A DNA stretch of 64,000 bases. Source: Desulfosarcina sp. Its GTDB lineage: Bacteria > Desulfobacterota > Desulfobacteria > Desulfobacterales > Desulfosarcinaceae. This document shows positions 10,287 through 20,285 of this stretch, piece after piece. A program made the position numbers and the translations under genes. Position 1 is the first letter of the stretch. Every line of letters starts with the position of its first letter. The notes below the pieces were generated by a model. It worked only from the letters and a program-made list of their open reading frames with translations, did no database searches and was not told the DNA's origin. The DNA is taken from NCBI RefSeq assembly GCF_046496365.1, contig NZ_JAWOHB010000156.1, positions 19,231 through 83,230 on the forward strand, in the 5' to 3' direction.

Positions 10287-11177
10287 ATGCTCTCTCCCGA
10301 AATCATTAAGAAAATCAAAAAAGTCCACATCAAGACCGGCCGCGTGGTCAACACGCTGATGGCCGGGCAATACCGATCGGTCTTCCGGGGGGCGGGCATC
10401 GAGTTCGAGGAGGTCCGCGAGTACTCCCCCGGCGATGAGGTGAAAAGCATCGACTGGAAGGTGTCGGCCCGCATGGGAAAGCCCTTCATCAAACGCTACC
10501 GTGAGGAACGGGAGCAGGTGGTCATGCTTCTTGTGGACATGAGCGGGTCCGGCCGCTTCGGCACCACGCAAAGCATCAAGCGGGAGACTGCCGCGGAAAT
10601 CGCCGCCATCCTGGCATTCAACGCCGTTCGCAACAATGATAAGGCCGGGGCCATTCTTTTCACCGATCAGGTGGAGCGCTACATCCCCCCGAAAAAGGGG
10701 TCGGCCCATGTGTGGCGCCTCATCCGCGAAATTTTCACCTTCGCGCCAGAGCACACCGGGACCGATATCGTCGAAGCGGTTGATTTCCTGGCTCGGGTAT
10801 GCCGAAAGCGCACCGTGGCCTTTCTCGTTTCCGATTTTCTCACCGAAAACTTCGGCCGCGAGGCCACCCTGCGCATCCGTTCGGCGGCCCGCAAGCACGA
10901 ACTGGTCAGCGTGCTGGTGACCGATCCCGGTGAATTCCGTCTGCCCGAAGGCGGCATCGTCGCCCTCAAGGACCTGGAGACCGGCGCCGTGCGTTACCTG
11001 GACGCCTCCGACCGGACTACCCGCGAACGGTTTTGGGCCAGCCGTCAGGCAGTCCACGATCGTATCCTGCAGACCCACAAATCAATGGACATGGACTGTA
11101 TCGAGATGCCCACCGACGGTGATGCCGCCGATGCCCTGGTGCGCTATTTCCGCTACCGGGAGCGACGCAGACGATGA
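10287..11177 (+). CDS. DUF58 (VWA-like) protein
   Basis: EFEEVREY.PGD, IDWKVSAR and DMSGS motifs; follows moxR. Confidence 0.9.
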   Translation: MLSPEIIKKIKKVHIKTGRVVNTLMAGQYRSVFRGAGIEFEEVREYSPGDEVKSIDWKVSARMGKPFIKRYREEREQVVMLLVDMSGSGRFGTTQSIKRETAAEIAAILAFNAVRNNDKAGAILFTDQVERYIPPKKGSAHVWRLIREIFTFAPEHTGTDIVEAVDFLARVCRKRTVAFLVSDFLTENFGREATLRIRSAARKHELVSVLVTDPGEFRLPEGGIVALKDLETGAVRYLDASDRTTRERFWASRQAVHDRILQTHKSMDMDCIEMPTDGDAADALVRYFRYRERRRR

Positions 11178-11875
11178 GACGGGCGGCAAAATTAGGTAGT
11201 GGGCTGATCCTGTGGCTGGCACTTTGGCTGGTCCTGCCGGTCCTGGGCGCGGAAGAGACGATCCCCGTCGCCCAACCACCCGCCGCCGGGCAGGCCGCCC
11301 CCGACGCCGCGGCCCCCATGACCGACATCCACGACATCCGGCCGCCGGTGCCGGTGGGGTTCGATGCGCCTTGGCTGATACCCATACTGTCGGCCCTGGC
11401 TGTCGTGGCGATCCTGGCGGCGGCCTGGTGGTGGCGGCGTAAAACCCGACAAAACAGCACCATTTTAACCATTGTTCCCGAACTGCCGCCGGAGATGATC
11501 GCCATGCAGGCCCTGGACCGGATCAGCGACGTGCGCGGACTGCACGGCAAAACCTTCTATTTTTTCCTGTCGGCCATCCTGCGCCGGTATGTCTTTGGCC
11601 GCTATGCCGTCGGGGCGCCCGAGATGACCACCGAGGAGTTCGTGCCCTGCATCGACCGGCTGCCCATCGACCGGGAACTGGCCCGTCAGTTGAAGCAGCT
11701 TTGCCGGGCCATGGATCCGATCAAGTTCGGCAGTGTGGCGGCAGCGGAAAAGCAGATGGAAACCGACCTCCTTTTTGCCCGCGCGTTCGTGCGTCGGACC
11801 ACGCCGGAGCATGCTATGGAAAACCGCACCGGCGATAATCAAGCCTCCACGACGCCGGTCCGGGGGGAGGGGTAA
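11174..11875 (+). CDS. DUF4381-like membrane protein of the Bat operon
   Basis: Signal peptide, DIHDI, one TM segment, LRRY..EMTTEE. Confidence 0.7.
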   Translation: MRRAAKLGSGLILWLALWLVLPVLGAEETIPVAQPPAAGQAAPDAAAPMTDIHDIRPPVPVGFDAPWLIPILSALAVVAILAAAWWWRRKTRQNSTILTIVPELPPEMIAMQALDRISDVRGLHGKTFYFFLSAILRRYVFGRYAVGAPEMTTEEFVPCIDRLPIDRELARQLKQLCRAMDPIKFGSVAAAEKQMETDLLFARAFVRRTTPEHAMENRTGDNQASTTPVRGEG

Positions 11876-11878
11876 CCC

Positions 11879-12877
11879 ATGCTGCGATTTGCCTCACCCT
11901 GGTTTTTCCTGCTTCTGCTCCTGTTGCCGTTGCTGGCCGGGTATCGCCACCGCCGGCACCATGCCCCGACCATGGCCAGCAGCGCCCTGTTTCCGGTGGC
12001 TGGCATTCCGGCATCTCCGGCGCTGCGCTTGCGGCCGCTGGTACCAGCCATCAAATACACCGTTCTGTGCCTGATGGTGATAGCCCTGGCCCGCCCCCAA
12101 TGGGGCACCGAACGCACGGAAATACTCACCGATGGAATCAACATCGTTTTGGCGCTTGATCTGTCCGAAAGCATGGCCGCCCTCGATTTCAAGGATAAAG
12201 GACGCGTCATCAACCGCCTGGAGGCGGTCAAAGGGGTGGTCCAGGCGTTCGTCTCCAAACGCAGCGGCGACCGCATCGGCATGGTGGTCTTCGGCACGCA
12301 CGCTTACACGCAACTGCCCCTGACCCGGGACTACAACGCGTTGGTCAGCATCCTGGACCGCCTGGAGATCGGTGCAGCCGGAGAGCGCACGGCCATCGGC
12401 GATGCCATCGGCATCTCCCTTAAACGGCTGGCCGACATCGAAAGCAAATCCAATATCATCATCCTGCTTACCGACGGCCAGAGTAACGCCGGAGAACTGT
12501 CCCCGGAAAACACCGGAGAGATTGCCGTGTTAAGGGGGGTGAAGATCTATACCATCGGTGTGGGCACCCAGGGAAAGGCACCTTTTCTGATCAAGGATCC
12601 CCTCTTCGGTGAACGTTATGTGTACCAGCAGGTCAGCATCGATGAAGAGACGTTGAAGTCCATCGCCGACAAAACCGGAGGACTCTATTTCCGTGCCGAG
12701 GATCTTGAGGGGCTGCAACAGATCTATGCCACCATCGACCGACTGGAAAAGACCGAGGTCAAGGTGGATATCTTTGCCGACTACAGCGAGATCTACCCCT
12801 GGTTGCTGATCCCGGCCATCGTTCTGTTGTCCCTTTACGTAATCCTGCGCCATACGAGATACCTGGTCGTCCCATGA
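11879..12877 (+). CDS. batA: BatA-like VWA domain protein
   Basis: LARPQ, DLSESM MIDAS and LLTDG motifs; N- and C-terminal TM segments. Confidence 0.85.
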   Translation: MLRFASPWFFLLLLLLPLLAGYRHRRHHAPTMASSALFPVAGIPASPALRLRPLVPAIKYTVLCLMVIALARPQWGTERTEILTDGINIVLALDLSESMAALDFKDKGRVINRLEAVKGVVQAFVSKRSGDRIGMVVFGTHAYTQLPLTRDYNALVSILDRLEIGAAGERTAIGDAIGISLKRLADIESKSNIIILLTDGQSNAGELSPENTGEIAVLRGVKIYTIGVGTQGKAPFLIKDPLFGERYVYQQVSIDEETLKSIADKTGGLYFRAEDLEGLQQIYATIDRLEKTEVKVDIFADYSEIYPWLLIPAIVLLSLYVILRHTRYLVVP

Positions 12878-14664
12878 GCTTTTTTCGTATCGAAATGCTG
12901 TTTTTCATCTGGGCCGTACCGCTGCTTGTGCTGACCGTCGTCTACGGCATGCGCCGGCGGCGCGACATTTTGCGCCGTTTTGCCTCCAATCATGGATTGG
13001 CCGTGATCGTTCCGGAAAGGGCTGATCGCCGGCGCTGGATCAAAGGGACATTGGTGGCGGCAACGGTGCTTTTTACCGCCGTAGCCCTGGCCGGCCCCAA
13101 ATACGGTTTCCGTTGGCAGGAGATCCGCCAGCGCGGGGTGGACATCGTCATCGCCCTGGACTGTTCCCGATCCATGACCGCGGCCGACATCTCTCCTTCC
13201 CGGCTGGAGCGGGCCAAGCGGGAGGTGTTCGACCTGTTGACCATGCTCCGGGGCGATCGCGTGGGGCTGGTCGCCTTTGCCGGCACCGCCTTCCTGCAGT
13301 GCCCGCTGACTCTGGATTACGATGCCTTCAATCTCTTTTTAAATGCCCTCTCCCCGGACTACCTGCCGGTGGGCGGCACCGATATTTCCGGAGCCCTGAC
13401 GGTGGCTACAGACGGTTTCGACCCCAAAGGTGCCGCCGACAAGGCCATCATTCTGATCACCGACGGAGAGAACACCGGTGACGGCGACCCACTGAAAGCC
13501 GCGGAGGCCTTGAAAGAAAATGGGATCAAGCTCTTTTGCATCGGCGTAGGCGGCAGCGAAGGCGTGCCCATACCCGAGGCGGCCGGAGGGTTCAAAAAGG
13601 ACCGTTTCGGACAGATCGTCCTCTCACGACTGGACGAGAACACCCTCAAAAAAATGGCCGTCGTCACGGGCGGCGCCTACGTGCGCTCCGTGGCCGGGGA
13701 CATGGACCTGGATGCCATTTACACCGACGAGATCCGCCGCACAATGGAGGCGGAGACGCTCACTTCCGGCCGCAAGCAGGTGTGGGAAGACCGTTTCCAG
13801 TGGCCCCTGGCCCTGGCCCTGGCATGCCTGGTAGCCGAGCTGATGCTGCCCGTGGCCCGCAAGCATGTGATGTCGGCATTGCTGCTGGCCCTGACAATAA
13901 TGCCGGCAGCGCCGGCCCGGGCCAATGATACCAGCGAAGGCATCAACGCCTACGCGGCGGGTAATTTTGAAAAAGCCCTCAAGCACTTCACCGATGCCCA
14001 GTTGGATGCCCCGGATAAACCCGAATCACTTTACAACGTGGCCGACGCCTATTATAAAACCGGAAACTTCGATGCGGCGGTCGAATACTATGAAAAAGTG
14101 CTCGAGACAGCCGACAAGGGGTTGAAACACAAAACCTTGTACAATCTGGGCAACGCCGAATATAGGCGCAGCAACGTCAAAGCGGCTCTCGACCACTATG
14201 AGGCAGCGCTGGCCATGGATCCGAACGACCGGTTGACCAGAGAGAATATGGAATTCGTCAAAAAAGTCCTGGAACAGCAGCAAGAAAAACAATCCGGTGA
14301 CGATCAGAATAAGCCCGACAAGAACATAGAAAATCAGGATCAACAAAATGCATCCCAGCCCGGTAGCGGGCGGGATGAAGAGGATTTGAAGGATCAGCAG
14401 CAACGCGATCCATCCGAGGAGGGTGGCAAGGCCGAGCAAAAACATGAATTCGGGGATCAAATGAACCCTCAGCAGCAGCAGGCCGCTCAATCCGGTGAGC
14501 CCAAAAATGATCAACCGGCTGCCGCTCAACCGCAGCAAGCCCAGCCAGGCGAGCAGACCGAGGATACCGGACAGGCCGAACGGATGCTCAACCGCCTGCA
14601 GGATCAGCCGGGCAGAGCGTTGATGCCCGGCACCGATTCCCAGCGGGTGGAGAAAGACTGGTAA
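12874..14664 (+). CDS. batB: BatB/BatC-like VWA + TPR fusion with Gln-rich tail
   Basis: DCSRSM, LITDGE, TPR motifs (LYNLGNA), Q-rich linker and C-terminal EKDW. Confidence 0.8.
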   Translation: MSFFRIEMLFFIWAVPLLVLTVVYGMRRRRDILRRFASNHGLAVIVPERADRRRWIKGTLVAATVLFTAVALAGPKYGFRWQEIRQRGVDIVIALDCSRSMTAADISPSRLERAKREVFDLLTMLRGDRVGLVAFAGTAFLQCPLTLDYDAFNLFLNALSPDYLPVGGTDISGALTVATDGFDPKGAADKAIILITDGENTGDGDPLKAAEALKENGIKLFCIGVGGSEGVPIPEAAGGFKKDRFGQIVLSRLDENTLKKMAVVTGGAYVRSVAGDMDLDAIYTDEIRRTMEAETLTSGRKQVWEDRFQWPLALALACLVAELMLPVARKHVMSALLLALTIMPAAPARANDTSEGINAYAAGNFEKALKHFTDAQLDAPDKPESLYNVADAYYKTGNFDAAVEYYEKVLETADKGLKHKTLYNLGNAEYRRSNVKAALDHYEAALAMDPNDRLTRENMEFVKKVLEQQQEKQSGDDQNKPDKNIENQDQQNASQPGSGRDEEDLKDQQQRDPSEEGGKAEQKHEFGDQMNPQQQQAAQSGEPKNDQPAAAQPQQAQPGEQTEDTGQAERMLNRLQDQPGRALMPGTDSQRVEKDW

Positions 14665-16391
14665 TGGGCAGAACACTGGTTATAACCCTTTTGGTGCTTC
14701 TGACGGCTGTCGTGACTGCCGATGCAGCCACCGTGAGCGCCATGGTGGACCGTGACCAGGCCACAGTGGGTGAATCCATAAACCTTCAGGTCACCATCGA
14801 AGGGGGTGACGGGGAGGTCGATCTGTCCAAACTGACCGATTTCAAGACCATCTCCCGCGGCTCCACCAGCAGCTTCCAGATGATCAACGGCCGCACTTCC
14901 CGCCAGCTGATTTACAATTATGTGCTGATTCCGTTAAAGGCCGGCAGCCTGACCATCTCGGCCATTCCCGTGATCATTGACGGTAAGGCGCACCATACAA
15001 CGCCCATCCGCATCACAGTCTCCCAGGACCCCCCTGCCGACAGCGGTCAGAGGGATGTGTACGTGACGGCGACCGTCTCGACCGCCTCCCCCTGGATCGG
15101 TCAGCAGGTCATCTATACCTTCCGATTGTTCAATGCCGTCCAGGTGGCCGACGCCAAGTTTCAGGCCCCGGAATTTACCGGATTCCACGCCGAGGAAGTC
15201 AAAGACCGCAAGTCTTACCGGACGGTGATCAACGGTCGGGAGTTCATCGTTACCGAGGTGATTTTCATCCTGGTGCCCGTAAAGACCGGGCCGCAGACCA
15301 TTGAACCGGCGGTGCTCCAGGTGGGACTGGTCCAGCGCAGCCGCCGGCCGCGCCCCTTCGCCGGCATGGATGCCTTTTTCGGACGCACGGAAATGACCAC
15401 CCGCATGCTGCAGTCCGATCCCGTCACAGTGACCGTTCGCGACCTTCCCACCAGGCCGCCGGGAACCGTCTTCTCCGGCCTGGTGGGGCGCTTCGACCTC
15501 AGCGCCGTGCTGGACAAAACCGACCTCCAGGTGGGCGACTCCACCACCTTGGCCGTCACCGTCAGCGGCCGCGGCAACATCATGGACGCCGCAGCGCCGG
15601 CCATTGCCACACCGGTGGATTTCAAAACCTACGCAGACAATCCAGAGGAAACGATTCAGAATGACGCCGACGGCACCACGGGCAGCAAAACCTTCCGCAC
15701 GGCCCTGGTGCCGGTAAAGGCAGGCCATTTTCGCATCGACCCTGTCCGGCTGACCTACTTCGACGTGGACCAGGGTGACTACCGGACCCTGATTTCGTCA
15801 GCGTTGGCTATTCGTGTGTCCCCCTCCGAGGCGGCAACTGCCGACATCGATGTCTTCCGAGCCGCACCGGACCAGATGCCCAGGCTGAAAAATCGGGTGG
15901 AATTCACCGGCCGGGACATCCTGCCTCTCAAGGAAGGCCTGGAGGCGCTGAAAACCCGCCACCAGATGTCCCCCCTGCTGTTCGGGGTGCTGATGGTGCT
16001 GCCGGTATTGGGCTTTGCCGTCACCTGCGCGGCGATACGCCTGACCCGGAGAGATGACTCGCCGGGTCGGATCATGGCTGAGCGGGCTAGGCAGGCCCTG
16101 AAAACCGCGTCAGCCGGCGACACTAGCGATGCCGACTTTCTCTCGGCCCTCTATCGCGCACTGGTGTCCGCCATCCTGGGCCGGCGGGGCGTGACGGGTG
16201 CCGCCCTCACCTGGACCGAGGCCCGAACGCGGCTGATCGAAATCGGCTGGGAAATGGAAGATGCCGATGCTGCCGCAAGGCTGCTTGAGGAGATCGAATC
16301 CTTCAACTACTCGGGCAGCACCTTGGACATCGCCAAAAGGGCCGATCTGCTGGACCAGACCCGGCAGACGGTACGGAGGCTTGCGCAATGA
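14664..16391 (+). CDS. batD: BatD family protein
   Basis: Signal peptide, beta-rich repeats, FSGLVGRF motif, C-terminal TM; operon position. Confidence 0.8.
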   Translation: MGRTLVITLLVLLTAVVTADAATVSAMVDRDQATVGESINLQVTIEGGDGEVDLSKLTDFKTISRGSTSSFQMINGRTSRQLIYNYVLIPLKAGSLTISAIPVIIDGKAHHTTPIRITVSQDPPADSGQRDVYVTATVSTASPWIGQQVIYTFRLFNAVQVADAKFQAPEFTGFHAEEVKDRKSYRTVINGREFIVTEVIFILVPVKTGPQTIEPAVLQVGLVQRSRRPRPFAGMDAFFGRTEMTTRMLQSDPVTVTVRDLPTRPPGTVFSGLVGRFDLSAVLDKTDLQVGDSTTLAVTVSGRGNIMDAAAPAIATPVDFKTYADNPEETIQNDADGTTGSKTFRTALVPVKAGHFRIDPVRLTYFDVDQGDYRTLISSALAIRVSPSEAATADIDVFRAAPDQMPRLKNRVEFTGRDILPLKEGLEALKTRHQMSPLLFGVLMVLPVLGFAVTCAAIRLTRRDDSPGRIMAERARQALKTASAGDTSDADFLSALYRALVSAILGRRGVTGAALTWTEARTRLIEIGWEMEDADAAARLLEEIESFNYSGSTLDIAKRADLLDQTRQTVRRLAQ

Positions 16392-17140
16392 AACGCTGGA
16401 ACAGGACCGCCGCAGGGCTGCTGCTTTTTCTTTCGATCGCCACCGGCAGCATGGCATCCGAAAATGCACGTACCTTCATGGACGGCACCGCGGCCTACCG
16501 CCAGGGGGACTGGCCGGCGGCCATCAGCGCCTTTGAACAGCTCACCCAAGGCGGGATCGACAACGCCCGGCTGTACTACAACCTGGGCAACGCCTACCTG
16601 AAAAACGGCGACCTGGGCCGCGCTATTTTGTGGTATGAGCGCGCCAGGAAACACCTCCCCGACGACCCGGACCTGCGCTTCAACCATGACTACGCCCTGA
16701 CGCTGACCAAGGACGAGCGCGGCGAGCAGTCGTCGCCCCTGTGGCGCATTCTGTTTTTCTGGAAATACCAGCTCAGTCCTGAAAACGTGCGCTGGATCGC
16801 CCTGATGCTCAACACCGTCCTGTGGAGCGCCCTTACTGTGCTGACCATCCGTAAAAAACGACTCCTGCGCCCAAGCACCATCCTAGCCACTGCCGCCACG
16901 CTGATCTTCAGTGCGACGGCCCTCTTCAACTACATCGATGCCGCCCGTGTCCGCCATGCGATCATTCTGCCTGAAAACGCTGCCGTTCGCTCCGGTTTTG
17001 CCGACAGCGCCACCCAGCTCTTCGTCCTGCACGCCGGCACCAAAGTTCGCGTGGAACGGGAATCCGGTGACTATCTTCTCATCCGCTACACCGCAGACAA
17101 GATCGGCTGGGTGAAGAAGCGTGATGCCGGCATGATCTGA
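16388..17140 (+). CDS. batE: BatE-like TPR + SH3-like protein
   Basis: YYNLGNAY, AILWYERA and LHAGTKV...GWV motifs. Confidence 0.8.
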   Translation: MKRWNRTAAGLLLFLSIATGSMASENARTFMDGTAAYRQGDWPAAISAFEQLTQGGIDNARLYYNLGNAYLKNGDLGRAILWYERARKHLPDDPDLRFNHDYALTLTKDERGEQSSPLWRILFFWKYQLSPENVRWIALMLNTVLWSALTVLTIRKKRLLRPSTILATAATLIFSATALFNYIDAARVRHAIILPENAAVRSGFADSATQLFVLHAGTKVRVERESGDYLLIRYTADKIGWVKKRDAGMI

Positions 17141-17159
17141 TGGGAGGTATTTCCCCATA

Positions 17160-17192
17160 GGAGCGCGGCGTGCCGGGCAACCGCCGTGCTCC
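17160..17192 (+). terminator. Stem-loop after the bat operon
   Basis: GGAGCGCGGCG...CGCCGTGCTCC inverted repeat followed by a T-rich stretch. Confidence 0.5.
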
Positions 17193-17216
17193 AAACTGAT
17201 TTTTTGCATTTCATCC

Positions 17217-17251
17217 TTGCCAAATCCCATCCGATGCAATAGATTTGCATC
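17217..17251 (+). promoter_or_regulatory. Sigma70 promoter overlapped by a putative Zur box
   Basis: TTGCCA-17 nt-TAGATT; palindrome GATGCAA-TAGAT-TTGCATC (17233-17251) covers the -10, upstream of znuACB-zur. Confidence 0.7.
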
Positions 17252-17301
17252 AGGTCATTTTGCTCCGGAATTAAAATTCCACCTGAATTCAGAGGTAGGC
17301 G

Positions 17302-18189
17302 ATGATTTATCTCAGGACATCCATTTTTACCGTTTTATCAATTTTATATGGAATTACCGCCTCTGGATGGGCCGCCGATCGGATTCCTGTTTTCGTCAGC
17401 ATCGCCCCCCAGGCCTACTTCGTGCAACAAATTGGCAAGGAGTTGGTGGATGTGCAGGTTCTGGTGGAAGCCGGCGCAGATCCACACACCTACGAGCCTA
17501 AACCACAGCAGATGGTGGCCCTTTCCAAAGCGGCCCTTTACTTTGCCATCGGCATTGAGTTTGAAACCGCTAAATTGGAAAAAATCACCGCCGTGAACCC
17601 GCGCATGCAGGTCGTTTACACGGATCATGGGATCCTAAAACTGCCCATGGCCGCCCATGACCACGGCGAAAATGGCCATGCAGAGGCGCATCACCATCCC
17701 GACAGCCTGGACCCCCACATCTGGCTGTCCCCGCCCCTGGTGATGCTGCAGGCCCGATCGATCCTCACGGCACTGCAGGCCGCCGACCCATCCCATCGTT
17801 CGACCTACGAGGCCAATTACCGTGATTTTATGCTGGACATCGTCGACCTGGACACCCACCTGAGGACGACCTTCGATGCCTTCAAGGGATCTGCGTTCAT
17901 GGTGTTTCATCCCTCATGGGGCACCTTTGCCCATACCTATGGACTTAAGCAGGTACCCATCGAAATCCAAGGCAAAAGCCCCAAACCGGCCCAACTCAAG
18001 GCGTTGATCGAACATGCGCGATCCAATCGGATCAAAGTGATTTTCGCGCAACCCCAGTTCTCATCGAAAAGTGCCCAGCAGATAGCCAGAGCAATCGATG
18101 GGCGCGTGGTCTTTGTCGATCCACTGGCCGGAGACTGGGATGTCAATCTGCGGCGCACTGCCGAGGAATTTAAAAATGTTTTCAAATGA
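17302..18189 (+). CDS. znuA: Zinc ABC transporter substrate-binding protein
   Basis: DPHTYEP, His-rich loop, DPHIWLSP and FHPSW motifs. Confidence 0.88.
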   Translation: MIYLRTSIFTVLSILYGITASGWAADRIPVFVSIAPQAYFVQQIGKELVDVQVLVEAGADPHTYEPKPQQMVALSKAALYFAIGIEFETAKLEKITAVNPRMQVVYTDHGILKLPMAAHDHGENGHAEAHHHPDSLDPHIWLSPPLVMLQARSILTALQAADPSHRSTYEANYRDFMLDIVDLDTHLRTTFDAFKGSAFMVFHPSWGTFAHTYGLKQVPIEIQGKSPKPAQLKALIEHARSNRIKVIFAQPQFSSKSAQQIARAIDGRVVFVDPLAGDWDVNLRRTAEEFKNVFK

Positions 18190-18976
18190 TTGCGTCATCA
18201 ACACGCCCATTATCCAGATAGAGAACCTTGCCTTCGCCTATAATGGGCAGCGGGTGCTCGAGGAGATCAATCTGGAGGTTTGCGAGGGGGATTTCATCGC
18301 CATGATCGGGCCCAACGGCGGCGGTAAAACCACCCTGCTCAAGCTGATCCTGGGGTTGCTCAAACCCGAACAGGGACGCATCCGGGTTATGGGAGAACCG
18401 GCGGCGCGCGTTTCTCACCATATCGGCTACGTACCCCAGGATGTCCACGTAAATCGCAGCTTTCCCATTACCGCCATGGACGTGGTACTCATGGGGAAAC
18501 TGGCCCCCGGAAAAAGATGGTCAAAAAACGCCAGGCAAGACCGCAAGGATGCCCTGGAGGCCCTGGACCGAATTGACCTGGCCGGCTTCAGCCAACGGCG
18601 CATCGGCGAGCTGTCAGGCGGCCAGCGTCAGCGGGTGTTCATTGCCCGTGCCCTGGTGACCCGACCCCGGCTGCTTTTGCTGGACGAGCCCACGGCCAAC
18701 ATTGATGCCAAGGGTCAGACGGAATTTTTCCAACTGCTCAAACGATTGAATCGAGAGGTCACGATTGTAGTGGTCAGCCACGACCTGCTGGTGATCTCCA
18801 CCTACGTCAAGTCCGTCGCTTGCGTGAATCACCGGCTGCATCATCATAAACAGGCGGAGATAACCGGCGACATGCTCGAAATCATGTATCCATGCACCAC
18901 GGAAGCGGTCTGTCCCGTAGAACTGGTCACCCACGGCCACCTGCCCCATCGGGTGCTGCAGCATCACAAGGAGTGA
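18176..18976 (+). CDS. znuC: Zinc ABC transporter ATPase
   Basis: [24 protein letters not shown] and VSHD motifs; start uncertain. Confidence 0.88.
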   Translation: MFSNDCVINTPIIQIENLAFAYNGQRVLEEINLEVCEGDFIAMIGPNGGGKTTLLKLILGLLKPEQGRIRVMGEPAARVSHHIGYVPQDVHVNRSFPITAMDVVLMGKLAPGKRWSKNARQDRKDALEALDRIDLAGFSQRRIGELSGGQRQRVFIARALVTRPRLLLLDEPTANIDAKGQTEFFQLLKRLNREVTIVVVSHDLLVISTYVKSVACVNHRLHHHKQAEITGDMLEIMYPCTTEAVCPVELVTHGHLPHRVLQHHKE

Positions 18977-18979
18977 CCG

Positions 18980-19849
18980 ATGGTCGAGGCCCTGCAGTTC
19001 GAGTTCATGCGCAATGCCCTGGCCGCCGGCCTGCTGGCCAGCATCATCTGCGGGATAATGGGAACGCTGGTGGTGGTCAACCGCATCGTTTTCCTGTCCG
19101 GCGGTATCGCCCACGCGGCTTATGGTGGTATTGGCCTGGCCTTTTACTTCAATCTGCCCTACCTGGCGGGCACCTTGGGTTTTTCCCTGGCGGCAGCCAC
19201 AATCATGGCCGCAGTCACCTTGAAAGCCAAGCACCGCGCTGACACCATCATCGGCGTTATATGGGCGCTGGGAATGGCCTGCGGCATCATCCTGATCGAC
19301 CTGAGTCCCGGATACAACGTGGACCTCATGAGCTATCTGTTCGGCAGCATCCTGACCGTGCCGGAGATGGATCTGTGGATCATGGTGGTCATGGGGCTGT
19401 GCATTGTCGTCCTGGTGGCCATCTACTACAAGGACCTGCTGGCCCTGTCATACGACGAAGAGTTCGCGCGTATTCGCGGGGTGCCGGTGACCGCCTTGTA
19501 TTTTCTGCTCATCGGCATGCTGGCCGTCACCGTGGTGATGGTCATCCAGGTGGTGGGGCTGATCCTGGTGATCGCCCTGCTGACCATTCCACCCTTTATT
19601 ATGGAAAAGCATGCCCGCTCCATGCTGCAGATGATGATCGGATCCAGTGTGTTGGGTGTCGTGTTCACCATTGCCGGACTGTGGCTTTCCTACGCCTTCG
19701 ACCTCACCTCGGGAGCTTCCGTCATCATGGTGGCCGGCCTCTTTTTCTTCTTGAACCTGCTGGTCGAACCATTGATTTCAGGCCGCAGAAATTCCTCACC
19801 ATCCCGGGTTCCGCCCAAAAATATCGCCGTGGATACGCACAGGAGCTGA
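18980..19849 (+). CDS. znuB: Zinc ABC transporter permease
   Basis: IAHAAYGG and YLFGSIL motifs, multiple TM segments. Confidence 0.88.
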   Translation: MVEALQFEFMRNALAAGLLASIICGIMGTLVVVNRIVFLSGGIAHAAYGGIGLAFYFNLPYLAGTLGFSLAAATIMAAVTLKAKHRADTIIGVIWALGMACGIILIDLSPGYNVDLMSYLFGSILTVPEMDLWIMVVMGLCIVVLVAIYYKDLLALSYDEEFARIRGVPVTALYFLLIGMLAVTVVMVIQVVGLILVIALLTIPPFIMEKHARSMLQMMIGSSVLGVVFTIAGLWLSYAFDLTSGASVIMVAGLFFFLNLLVEPLISGRRNSSPSRVPPKNIAVDTHRS

Positions 19850-19850
19850 C

Positions 19851-20279
19851 ATGTGCAATCAATGCAATTACGAGGACCTGCTGAACGCTACGGATCTGGG
19901 TGCAACCGACAACCGGCTGCATGTGCTCGAAGTGGTCGGCAACAACAGCTACCCCCTCTCCGCCGCCGATATCTACCAAACCCTGAAGCGGCGCTGCAGC
20001 ATCAACCGGGTCACCGTTTACCGCATCCTGGAACTGCTGGTGGAACACGGACTGGTGGATCGAATCAGCACCGGCGGCAGGGCTTTTTACTATGGCATGG
20101 CGCCCAATGAAAACCACCACCCCCATCCCCATTTTTACTGCAAGCGCTGTGGCCAGATGGACTGTTTGAGGCCGGACAGCCTGAATGTGGATAGCGCTAC
20201 GCTGTGGAAAACGTTTCCCGGCCGTATCGACAAGGTCGAAGTGCGCGTGGACGGCATCTGCAAAAACTGCATGAAATAA
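19851..20279 (+). CDS. zur: Fur-family regulator, probably Zur
   Basis: TVYRIL, HHPHPHFYCKRCG and C-terminal CxxC; last gene of the zinc ABC operon. Confidence 0.8.
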   Translation: MCNQCNYEDLLNATDLGATDNRLHVLEVVGNNSYPLSAADIYQTLKRRCSINRVTVYRILELLVEHGLVDRISTGGRAFYYGMAPNENHHPHPHFYCKRCGQMDCLRPDSLNVDSATLWKTFPGRIDKVEVRVDGICKNCMK

Positions 20280-20285
20280 GGGGGA

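Noticed and set aside
14270-14580. Gln-rich repetitive stretch
   Set aside because: Ordinary low-complexity linker of BatB/C-type proteins, not a DNA repeat array
9305-17140. MoxR-VWA-TPR operon as a novel system
   Set aside because: Matches the known, widespread Bat-type operon
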